A stretch of 58,350 bases of DNA. Source: Bacillota bacterium (lineage in GTDB: Bacteria; Acidobacteriota; Terriglobia; Acidiferrales; UBA7541). Within the stretch, counting starts at the first letter, position 1. Every line of letters starts with the position of its first letter. Of this stretch, positions 19,425-27,203 are shown one piece after another. The DNA is taken from positions 1 to 58,350 of the forward strand of contig JAIMBE010000001.1 in assembly GCA_023511565.1 (NCBI GenBank). Direction: 5' to 3'. The translations under genes and the position numbers were made by a program. The notes below the pieces were generated by a model. It worked only from the letters and a program-made list of their open reading frames with translations. It had not been told where the DNA came from and did not search any database.

Positions 19425-21362
19425 TTACGCAGGGGCCGGTTTTTCGCCCTTGGCGAAGCCGGGTGCCGGCTTTGGCTCGGGCCGCGGAGCCAGTTGCGGC
19501 TCCTTGGCGGGGACCGGTTGCGGAGGCGTCGGCGGCGCCTTTTCGGGCAGGGGCTTGCCCTCAATCAGGAGTCGGATTTCGTTCGCATCCAGGACCTCGC
19601 GCTCCAGCAGGGCCAGGGCAATGCGGTCCAGCGCCGAACGATTCGTGCGCAGAATTTCGCGGGCCCGCTCGTAGGCTGCCGTGACGATTTTCTTCACTTC
19701 CTGGTCGATGCGGATGGCGGTATCTTCCGAGTAGTCGCGGTGCTGAGCAATCTCGCGGCCCAGGAAGATGGCCTCTTCCTTCTTGCCGAAGGTGAGCGGA
19801 CCCAGTTCGCTCATGCCCCACTCGCAGACCATCTGCCGGGCCAGGTCAGTGACGCGCTCGATGTCGTTGCCCGCGCCGGTGGTCAATTTCCCAAGAACAA
19901 TTTCTTCGGCCGCGCGGCCGCCCATCAACACGGCCAGTTGTGCCTCCAGGAAATCCTTCGTGTAGGTATGCTTGTCGTCGATCGGGAGCTGCATGGTGAT
20001 GCCCAGCGCCATGCCGCGCGGAATGATGGTGACTTTGTGCAGCGGATCGGCTTCGGGAATCATCGCCGCGACCAGGGCATGCCCGGCCTCGTGATAGGCA
20101 GTGTTGCGCTTCTCCTCTTCCGACAAAATCATGGACTTGCGCTCGACGCCCATCAGCACCTTGTCCTTGGCCATTTCAAAATCGGCTTGGGTAACGAACT
20201 TGCGGTTCTGACGGGCGGCCCACAGCGCCGCCTCGTTCACTAGATTGGCCAGGTCGGCCCCGGAGAAGCCCGGTGTCCCTCGGGCAATCAGGGAAAGATC
20301 CACGTCTTCGGCCAGCGGCACTTTGCGCGTGTGCACGCGCAAGATTTCCTCGCGCCCTTTCAGGTCCGGGCGTGGCACGACAATGCGGCGGTCGAAGCGG
20401 CCCGGACGCAGCAACGCCGGGTCAAGCACGTCGGGACGGTTCGTCGCGGCAATCAGAATGACGCCTTCGTTCGATTCGAAGCCATCCATCTCCACCAGCA
20501 GCGCGTTCAGCGTCTGCTCCCGTTCGTCGTGCCCGCCGCCCAGGCCGGCGCCGCGGTGACGACCCACGGCATCGATCTCGTCAATGAAGATGATGCACGG
20601 GGCATTCTTCTTCCCTTGCTCGAACAGGTCGCGCACGCGGCTGGCGCCCACGCCGACAAACATCTCCACGAAATCCGACCCGGAGATGGAAAAGAACGGC
20701 ACGTTGGCTTCACCGGCGATGGCCCGCGCCAGCAAGGTTTTGCCGGTGCCCGGCGGCCCGACCAGCAGCACGCCCTTCGGGATGCGCCCGCCCAGGCGTT
20801 GGAACTTCTGCGGGTCGCGGAGAAATTCAATGATTTCCTGCAGCTCTTCCTTGGCCTCGTCAATGCCGGCAACGTCCTTGAAGGTGGCTTTCTTCTGCTG
20901 TGGGGTGAGCAGACGCGCGCGCGATTTGCCGAAGCTGAGCGCCTTGTTGCCCCCGGCCTGCATCTGCCGGATCATCAGCACCCACAGGGCAGCCAGCAGC
21001 AACAGGGGAAGCAGGTTCACCAGGATGGCCCACCACTCGCCCCGGCTGACCTCCTTGAAGCGCACCGGCACGCCCTTCGCGCGGAGGGTTTCCGTCAGCG
21101 AGCTGAGGACTTCCTTGTCCACGGTCACGGAATACTTCTGCGCTGGCTCGCGGTACTCGCCGACGACTTCTGCCGTCACCGGTCCCACGTTGATGGTGAC
21201 GTCGCCCTGCAAGTTCCCCCGCTCGACCTGCGCAAGAAATTCCGTATAGCTCGGCGTTTGCTCCTTGGCCGAGTGCCCCGTGGTGGAGGCCATGTACCAC
21301 AGGAGTACCGCCAGGCAGATCATGAATGCCCAAAACAGAATGGTGCGTGCCGCTGCGTTCAA
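19425..21362 (-). CDS. ftsH: ATP-dependent zinc metalloprotease FtsH
   Basis: Walker [17 protein letters not shown] region and HEAGHA zinc motif. Apparent TTG start preceded by GAGGGG. Confidence 0.95.
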   Translation of the reverse strand: MNAAARTILFWAFMICLAVLLWYMASTTGHSAKEQTPSYTEFLAQVERGNLQGDVTINVGPVTAEVVGEYREPAQKYSVTVDKEVLSSLTETLRAKGVPVRFKEVSRGEWWAILVNLLPLLLLAALWVLMIRQMQAGGNKALSFGKSRARLLTPQQKKATFKDVAGIDEAKEELQEIIEFLRDPQKFQRLGGRIPKGVLLVGPPGTGKTLLARAIAGEANVPFFSISGSDFVEMFVGVGASRVRDLFEQGKKNAPCIIFIDEIDAVGRHRGAGLGGGHDEREQTLNALLVEMDGFESNEGVILIAATNRPDVLDPALLRPGRFDRRIVVPRPDLKGREEILRVHTRKVPLAEDVDLSLIARGTPGFSGADLANLVNEAALWAARQNRKFVTQADFEMAKDKVLMGVERKSMILSEEEKRNTAYHEAGHALVAAMIPEADPLHKVTIIPRGMALGITMQLPIDDKHTYTKDFLEAQLAVLMGGRAAEEIVLGKLTTGAGNDIERVTDLARQMVCEWGMSELGPLTFGKKEEAIFLGREIAQHRDYSEDTAIRIDQEVKKIVTAAYERAREILRTNRSALDRIALALLEREVLDANEIRLLIEGKPLPEKAPPTPPQPVPAKEPQLAPRPEPKPAPGFAKGEKPAPA

Positions 21363-21486
21363 TGGATTACCCCTCTGTCCTCAGTGCCAAGCGCCATTGC
21401 CCACCCCTAGAATTAGATGCCGCGCCGGCGCCCAAGTAAGCCCGGGCACGCCTGCTGCCTGACAACCCTGGGTGGGCGGTAGGCGC

Positions 21487-23025
21487 TCATCCCGGCTGCT
21501 GCATTCCATCGACTGCATCCGCCATGATGAGCACGCCGCAGCGCGTGCCTGGCCGCGCCGCAAACTCTTCCGCCGCGGGCATCCCCAGCACCCAGGCGAG
21601 TCGCCCCTCGCAGGTCAGCACCGGCCAGCCCGCCCGTTCGTGCAGCGCGATTCGGAACTCCTGGAACAGGCGCTTCACCTTGCAGGTATGCGCACGTCCC
21701 CGCGGGCGGTAGGCATCACCGGGCCGCCAATTGCGCAGCCGAATCGGCCGACGCAGCAGGTCTCGGTCGAGCACGCCCGGCCATTGTTTAGTTTCTCCCG
21801 GCGCCGTTGCCCAGTCAATCAGTTTCAGACAGAGCCGCCGGCGCATTTCGGGAATGTCAATAGCCACCATGCCTTGCTCGGGCAGCAGGACTTCGTATTC
21901 GTAGGCCACCGGAGCCGGATGAAAGCCCCGGCCGCGCACCTGCCGGCTGTTGCGGGGGGTCACTCGCGAAAAAATCAGATGATCAAACTCCCGTTCGACC
22001 ACCACTCCATCGGGCAGGTGCGTGGTGCCGCCGCTCTGAGAGCGCGTCAGCTGCAGCACCTGTTCGACATGCTGTGCCGTCAGCCGTGTCCGGCTGCCCT
22101 TGAGCGTTTCGACCAGGCGACGCACCATTCGTCGGGCCAGCGCGTCGCTGCCGGCCGCGCCGGCCCGCTCGAGCCCTGCCGGGGGCGACAGCAGTCCTGC
22201 GACCGGAATCCGCAGGCCCAGGGGCGTCTGCTGCACCAGCGCGGCCATGCGTTCCTCCAGCCATGCGGACCAGAAGGCTTCGTCGGCCCGCGCGCGCTCG
22301 GCCAGACCCGCCAGATGCGAGACAACCTGCGGATGAAACTCGCGCTCCAGCCGGGGCAGGAGCTCATGCCGGATGCGGGCGCGCAGGCGCGTCACGTCTT
22401 GATTGGAAGGATCCTCACGCCAGCGCTGCCCCAGATGCTCCAGATACTCGCGCAGGATCTGCCGCCGAACCTCGAGCAACGGTCGCACAACCACTCCGCG
22501 GACCGGATAAATCCCGGCCAGACCGGTCAATCCGCTGCCGCGCAGAATGTGTGCCAGCACCGTTTCCGCCTGGTCGTCGGCCGTATGCGCCACCGCAATG
22601 CGGTCGGCGCGGCCTTCGCGGACGACCCGCTCGAAAAACTCGTAGCGCAGGCGCCGCGCAGCATCTTCCAGATTCCAGCCTTCTGCGCGCGCCCGTTCGG
22701 CCACCACTTCGCGGCCGGCGAAAAAATCCAGCCCAAGCTGCGTGGCCAATTCCGCGACGAAGTTTTCGTCTGCGTCAGAGGCTGCACCGCGAAGCTGATG
22801 GTTGAAATGCAGCACCAGCAGGCGCAGACCCAGCGTTTCGCGCAGCTCATCGAGCAGCCGCAGCAGCGCCACCGAATCGGCGCCACCGGACACCCCAACC
22901 CCGACACGGTCGCCCGCGCGCAGCATCCGGTATCGCCGGATGGTTTGCAGTACCTGGTGGATCAGTTCAGAGGATCGTGCCATCGGGGTGTGCAGCCTGC
23001 CTGTGCTCATGGTACCAGCCCGCAA
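21487..23025 (-). CDS. tilS: tRNA(Ile)-lysidine synthetase TilS
   Basis: PP-loop SGGADSVAL. Long C-terminal substrate-binding extension. The exact start is uncertain (TTG 23025, ATG 23010 or ATG 22983). Confidence 0.88.
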   Translation of the reverse strand: MRAGTMSTGRLHTPMARSSELIHQVLQTIRRYRMLRAGDRVGVGVSGGADSVALLRLLDELRETLGLRLLVLHFNHQLRGAASDADENFVAELATQLGLDFFAGREVVAERARAEGWNLEDAARRLRYEFFERVVREGRADRIAVAHTADDQAETVLAHILRGSGLTGLAGIYPVRGVVVRPLLEVRRQILREYLEHLGQRWREDPSNQDVTRLRARIRHELLPRLEREFHPQVVSHLAGLAERARADEAFWSAWLEERMAALVQQTPLGLRIPVAGLLSPPAGLERAGAAGSDALARRMVRRLVETLKGSRTRLTAQHVEQVLQLTRSQSGGTTHLPDGVVVEREFDHLIFSRVTPRNSRQVRGRGFHPAPVAYEYEVLLPEQGMVAIDIPEMRRRLCLKLIDWATAPGETKQWPGVLDRDLLRRPIRLRNWRPGDAYRPRGRAHTCKVKRLFQEFRIALHERAGWPVLTCEGRLAWVLGMPAAEEFAARPGTRCGVLIMADAVDGMQQPG

Positions 23026-23103
23026 GACTCCGGCACAATGCGCCGACGTTGCGTGACAGGGGAGGCGGGGGAAGCGTGCGGGCGTCAGCCGACTCCGAGA
23101 AGA

Positions 23104-23511
23104 CTAGAGCCGATTGGCAAGCTGCTGCGCCACCAGCTCACGATTGTGCGCAATGCGCCGGTCGAGCGCCACCGCCATGAAATAGGCGCACCCCTGCCGC
23201 TCCTTCTCGAGCCAGGCGTGCAGCGGAGGTAGGAATCGGCCCAGCGTTAGGCGGAATAAATTGAGCAGCCCGAAGTAGGTATTCACCGAACGCAGCTCGA
23301 GCTTGTCATCCGATTCCGGACACAACTGCACAAGCTGTCGGAGGCGCGGCAGCGCTTCCGCCTGCACCTCTGCGTCGTGGATGCCGGTGAGCTTGCGGAC
23401 TTCTTCGGAAAGCTCCCACTTGCGATAGGTCGCCACCAGCGCGCGGCAGTAAGAGAGGAAGAACTGCACGAAAGCCAAGAGCGACACAAGAAGGATGAGG
23501 ACAGCAATCAT
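23104..23511 (-). CDS. Hypothetical N-terminally anchored membrane protein (135 aa)
   Basis: One N-terminal TM (IAVLILLVSLLAFVQFFL) plus a helical soluble part. Its start overlaps the stop of the 7TM gene (ATGA, 23508-23511). Confidence 0.5.
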   Translation of the reverse strand: MIAVLILLVSLLAFVQFFLSYCRALVATYRKWELSEEVRKLTGIHDAEVQAEALPRLRQLVQLCPESDDKLELRSVNTYFGLLNLFRLTLGRFLPPLHAWLEKERQGCAYFMAVALDRRIAHNRELVAQQLANRL

Positions 23512-24203
23512 CGGTGCACTGCCGCGACCCGAGCGGGGGCCAGTCGCGCCTCCTCAGGAACGAAGGTGAACGTATACGCCCACGCCAACGGCAGGAACGT
23601 GCCCACCAATGGAATCAATGCCTTGGTCAGCTCGACGCTGGGGAAAAGATTCCGCAGCGCGTAAATCGCTGCGTTCGCAGTGAAGTAAATGCCCAGAGAC
23701 AGAATCAGGTGGACAAGCCTAGCTCGGGTTTCCCTGAGCTTGGTGACGGCCCCCCACAGCAGCAACGTCAGCAACACGCCGACGAAATAGAGATTCTGGG
23801 CCAGCTCCACAACGAATCGGCTTCCCAGATACGACTGGTTTTTATTGATAACCAAGTAGGAAAACAGGGCAGTTCCGGCAAGTAACAACGCGGCTGTCGC
23901 TCGAATGTGCTTGCTGACCTCCATCTGCTTGAAGACCCGCTCGTACAGGCCGAGGATCGCAAAGAACAGCAGAACGGTCAGCAAACAATCCGAATAATAG
24001 TAAACGTATATGTACTCTGAGGAAGCGAATCCGAACGACACAAATGTAATGAACTGTGCTGCCGAGGCCGTCGCAACTGCCAGCATGTAAAGATTGATGC
24101 TTGCGTAGCGGAGAAATTCGCCTCGGACGATGGAAAGCAGCACAACATACAATTGTGCCGTGAAGCTAACCGTCCAGACGAAATAGGCGTAGGGGCCTAT
24201 CAT
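23508..24203 (-). CDS. Hypothetical 7-TM integral membrane protein (231 aa)
   Basis: Seven hydrophobic segments readable in the translation, with no soluble domain. Lower GC than the flanking core genes. Confidence 0.6.
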   Translation of the reverse strand: MIGPYAYFVWTVSFTAQLYVVLLSIVRGEFLRYASINLYMLAVATASAAQFITFVSFGFASSEYIYVYYYSDCLLTVLLFFAILGLYERVFKQMEVSKHIRATAALLLAGTALFSYLVINKNQSYLGSRFVVELAQNLYFVGVLLTLLLWGAVTKLRETRARLVHLILSLGIYFTANAAIYALRNLFPSVELTKALIPLVGTFLPLAWAYTFTFVPEEARLAPARVAAVHR

Positions 24204-24261
24204 CAGGCTGCAATTCTTGCCCGATAGGCCCCACCCTTGTCAATCAAACTTTCGTACTAGT

Positions 24262-24283
24262 GGTGGTCACAAAACAGACCACC
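24262..24283 (-). terminator. Stem-loop (7-bp GC-rich stem, 8-nt loop) between the repeat-peptide gene and the 7TM gene
   Basis: GGTGGTC-N8-GACCACC. There is no clear U-tract, so it could be a partial terminator/attenuator or a processing site. Confidence 0.3.
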
Positions 24284-24329
24284 GCCTCTACCTCAGCAAG
24301 AGGAGACTAGATACGGGGCGCCGACAAAA

Positions 24330-24551
24330 TCAAGGATTCTGGTTCCAGGGTGTCGGCGGAACTGGTGCGCCAGTTCCCCAAGGCGTGGGTGGAACCGGTG
24401 CACCTGTCCCAGCTATGACCCATGGAGTCGGCGGAACCGGTGCGCCCGTCCCAGCATTCAGAGCGTCTTGAGAAAGGATGAAGTTGCGCAGCGCCATCGC
24501 CGTGACCAGCAGCAGGAGCACAACAAACAGCACTTTCGACCACCGAGACAT
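24330..24551 (-). CDS. Small signal/anchor peptide protein with 3x GTGAPVPPTPW tandem repeats (73 aa)
   Basis: N-terminal hydrophobic helix (VLFVVLLLLVTAMA) followed by three identical 11-aa units. 8 of 11 codon columns differ between copies, all at third positions and all synonymous. Confidence 0.7.
   Translation of the reverse strand: MSRWSKVLFVVLLLLVTAMALRNFILSQDALNAGTGAPVPPTPWVIAGTGAPVPPTPWGTGAPVPPTPWNQNP
24345..24452 (-). repeat. Three 33-nt in-frame coding repeats (24420-24452, 24378-24410, 24345-24377); a 9-nt spacer (VIA) follows unit 1
   Basis: Direct reading. Sense codons are ggg acg ggc gca ccg gtt ccg ccg act cca tgg / ggg aca ggt gca ccg gtt cca ccc acg cct tgg / gga act ggc gca cca gtt ccg ccg aca ccc tgg. 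Confidence 0.95.
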
Positions 24552-24560
24552 TGTTTTACC

Positions 24561-24584
24561 CCCAAGTAAATTTACTTACTTGGG
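24561..24584 (-). promoter_or_regulatory. Perfect 9-bp inverted repeat (CCCAAGTAA-N6-TTACTTGGG) 9 nt upstream of the repeat-peptide ATG
   Basis: Seen directly. The 3' arm on the sense strand runs into the G-rich putative SD (GGGGGTAAAACAATG). It could be an operator or a leader hairpin. Confidence 0.4.
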
Positions 24585-25186
24585 CGACATTCTAGGTGGT
24601 CGTGTACCCTCCCGGGGCGTTTTTCTGGACTTTGTGTCCAAAGAGTAAACCCCCGGCTTCTGCCGGCAGGGCCAGCCTTCCGCCAAATTGTCAGGCGAAA
24701 AGTATCGTCAGCAGACTGTTGTGTCAACGGTACCTTCGTACTACGCGGCTGAACAGCTTGCGCGCTTGTTCTGGCTCGCCCTGGCCACAATCCCAGACGT
24801 TTTCCCGGAACCCGTTGTGTTCCTCAAGCAACGCTCGCGTGCACTCCAAACAGAGCGCAGAGAATTTTGCTGAAAAGCTGGAAGGGGCTGGGCAGATGCC
24901 GCTTGTGTTTAGAAAGCTGGGGGGCGGGCTTGCGCACCGAGGGACCGGATCGAGGTTTGCCGGCTCCGCAGGGTTTCAGCGAGTGGCGAGCTGTGCCACT
25001 GAGACAACCCCGTCCTCCCGGCTCGGCTTTGAACGCTTCCGTTTGCTCTGTGGAACGGACCGCTGGCCCCTTCGCACACATCTTCTGGTTGCTGTCTTTG
25101 CGAAACGTGCCGGGGCGGCTCCACGCCACTTTGCTCGCACCGCGATTGGTTCGCGCTGCCCGCGCCTGACAATCCTTCTGCCCAGC

Positions 25187-25216
25187 TTGACACCTCAGGC
25201 AAACGCTCCGTACCAT
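25187..25216 (+). promoter_or_regulatory. Putative sigma-70-type promoter of the tRNA gene
   Basis: TTGACA (25187-25192), 18-nt spacer, TACCAT (25211-25216), 16 nt before the tRNA 5' end. Confidence 0.35.
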
Positions 25217-25232
25217 CGAAGAATCGAGGCGC

Positions 25233-25307
25233 GCCGGTGTAGCTCAGAGGTAGAGCGAGGGTCTCATAATCCCTAGGTCGTGGGTTCGAGTCCCACCGCC
25301 GGCACCA
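25233..25307 (+). tRNA. tRNA with CAT anticodon (elongator Met or lysidine-dependent Ile2), CCA encoded
   Basis: Manual cloverleaf. Acceptor GCCGGTG/CGCCGGC with one G-U pair. D-arm GCTC-AGAGGTA-GAGC. Anticodon arm AGGGT-CTCATAA-TCCCT. T-arm GTGGG-TTCGAGT-CCCAC. Discriminator A followed by CCA. The G1-C72 pair argues against an initiator. Confidence 0.85.
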
Positions 25308-25309
25308 TT

Positions 25310-25895
25310 GTTCCTTCACCTTTAGCCATCCTCGCGCCCTCGTCCCCTCCGCCATCACCTTCTCGAACTCGCCCACCACGGCGAGGAGCAGTTCCCGGAC
25401 GACCTCGGGTAGGTCCGGGCGCTTCAGCAGCGCCTCCAAGTCCTGCTCCTCGGCCTCCAGCTCCTCTGGCGGGGTGCGTAGGTCCTGGACCGTCTCGCTG
25501 CAAAACTCGGGCTTTAGGTGTCCCGCCTCGAAAGCCTCGAAGTAGAGCGCGGCCCATAGTCGCCTGCGTCTTGGCGACATGGGTCTCAATGCGGCCGATT
25601 TCCTCCTCTAAGGATGGTTTCTCGGCGCAGAGGTGTTGGTGGCTGAGGCGAAGGATGCCGGCAACACGAAGGTCCAGCACTACCTCGACTCCGCGGGAAG
25701 CCACAGTTTGGAGTATGTCCGCCCATTTCCGGCAAAGTACACCTGCATCTGCACTTGATCCACAGCAACAGGCGACGTAAAGTGTGGCCAGTCGAGAACC
25801 ATCTGTTCCAAACCATGCTTTTCAGCAACCATAGTCAACAAAATGCAATGCCGCAAACAATATGGGCACTCATAGCTTGCATCGTCGTGGTGCAA
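25310..25895 (-). pseudogene. Frame-broken ORF debris directly 3' of the tRNA (three abutting reading frames)
   Basis: Coding-looking minus-strand segments in three frames (25680-25895, about 25590-25704, about 25310-25589) join end to end. No family recognised. The last frame has no stop before running antisense through the tRNA. Confidence 0.3.
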
Positions 25896-27203
25896 ATCCT
25901 AACGCTGACACCTGGTGTACTGCTCAACGACGACGGCGCACTTTATCTGACTCATGCGCGGAATATCGCGCATGGTAAACCTTACTCCGAAACCCTGTTT
26001 ATCTATACAACCCAGACCGCCCGCTACAGTCCGGCATCCTACCCGCCTATTTGGCCGCTTGTACTTGCACCGATATACTTTTTCTTTGGCCTAGATCCTG
26101 ACCCTTTTAAATGGCTGAATATCGGAATACTCGCACTTCTGGCCACTGTGGTATGGCTAGCCTATCGCCGTGTTTTGTCGCCTAAGGCTGGAATTGCACT
26201 CGCTGCTTTGATTGGCTTCAATCCCTATCTTACGGGCTTGAAAAATACAGTATTCTCCGAGCTCTTGTTTTTGCTGTTGGCGTTTTTAACGTTCTACGCC
26301 TCACGACTACGACTCGGGATCCTATGCGGAATAGCGGCTTACTTTGCCTACGGGACTCGACCGCTCGGAGCACTCATTTTACTATCGGTTATTTTCGCGG
26401 ACATAATTGATCAAAAAAAGCTTACAGCTTTTTCTCTAAAGGTCGGCTTAATCGCAACAAGCCTGATTGTTCTCCAAAATCTAGTTGTCCGTAGCGAATT
26501 GGAATACATAACTATCGCAACACTTGGGGAGCATTCTATACAAGAAAATTTTAGATTCTATGTCGGAATAATGAGTATCTTCCTTGCTGGTGACATGCAT
26601 ATCATAGTTCGGAGCATTGTACTTGGTTTGACGTGCGGCTTGGCGGTCGTTGGGATATGGCGTTCTGTTCGCATACGGTTGGAAGCCGAACACGTTTTTT
26701 TGGCCATTTACGGCTTGTTTATTCTCTTGTGGCCAATTCACCAAGCACGGTATTTGCTTCCTCTCCTTCCCGTTCTGCTTCTCTATGCTGTGCGGACCAT
26801 TAGATATGAATTGTCAGCTGTTCCTCTTATCCTCGTTGCACTCATTGCGTCTTTTGGGTGGCGACCAGAAATTAGAGAACATGCTCCCTTGAAGTTTTAT
26901 CAGCGAGTGAAAGTAGAACTTCCAATCGACAGTGTTTTTGTTGGCAGCACTCCTCGTGCGCTTGCACTGTACGCGGAGAGGCGCGCTGCCCGTTATCCTG
27001 AAACTGGGGATGTACGAGAATATCTGCGGAGGCTCCAAGCAACCCATCTTTTCACATGCAGCCAGGACTCAGCGGATTGGAAACAATGGGCGGAAAGCCT
27101 CGGCCACCGTCTGTTCGAGGAAGATGGATGTACAGTATGGAAGCTGGATGCTAGTTTGGCCCAGAAGAATGACTCGGCCGCAGGAGTTGTCGCAATCAAC
27201 TAA
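25815..27203 (+). CDS. GT-C-fold-like multi-TM putative glycosyltransferase (PMT/ArnT/DUF2029-like), low GC
   Basis: At least 10 TM helices, with an early loop NDDGALYLTHARNIAHGKPY resembling the D-containing first loop of GT-C enzymes, and a soluble C-terminal tail. A/T-rich third codon positions are unlike the neighbours. Alternative start at 25848. Confidence 0.6.
   Translation: MLFSNHSQQNAMPQTIWALIACIVVVQILTLTPGVLLNDDGALYLTHARNIAHGKPYSETLFIYTTQTARYSPASYPPIWPLVLAPIYFFFGLDPDPFKWLNIGILALLATVVWLAYRRVLSPKAGIALAALIGFNPYLTGLKNTVFSELLFLLLAFLTFYASRLRLGILCGIAAYFAYGTRPLGALILLSVIFADIIDQKKLTAFSLKVGLIATSLIVLQNLVVRSELEYITIATLGEHSIQENFRFYVGIMSIFLAGDMHIIVRSIVLGLTCGLAVVGIWRSVRIRLEAEHVFLAIYGLFILLWPIHQARYLLPLLPVLLLYAVRTIRYELSAVPLILVALIASFGWRPEIREHAPLKFYQRVKVELPIDSVFVGSTPRALALYAERRAARYPETGDVREYLRRLQATHLFTCSQDSADWKQWAESLGHRLFEEDGCTVWKLDASLAQKNDSAAGVVAIN

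Noticed and set aside
24345-24452. Three about 33-nt direct repeats that could superficially suggest a CRISPR-like or VNTR array
   Set aside because: The units are contiguous or separated by only 9 nt with no unique spacers. They are in frame within an ORF and differ only at synonymous sites. This is a coding repeat, not CRISPR, and no cas genes are present in the window.
24552-25186. About 630-bp ORF-poor stretch between the peptide gene and the tRNA, examined for RNase P, tmRNA, SRP or 6S RNA signatures
   Set aside because: None of the conserved motifs I know was seen (GAGGAAAGUCC, tmRNA tag/acceptor ends, SRP GNAR tetraloop helix). A novel sRNA cannot be excluded, but I have no positive evidence.
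24596-25589. Track ORFs 24596-25276 (+) and 24909-25589 (-), both crossing the tRNA gene
   Set aside because: Both read through the tRNA. The minus frame gives the characteristic antisense-tRNA peptide WDSNPRPRDYETLALPLSY. Only the part 3' of the tRNA is kept, as possible pseudogene debris.
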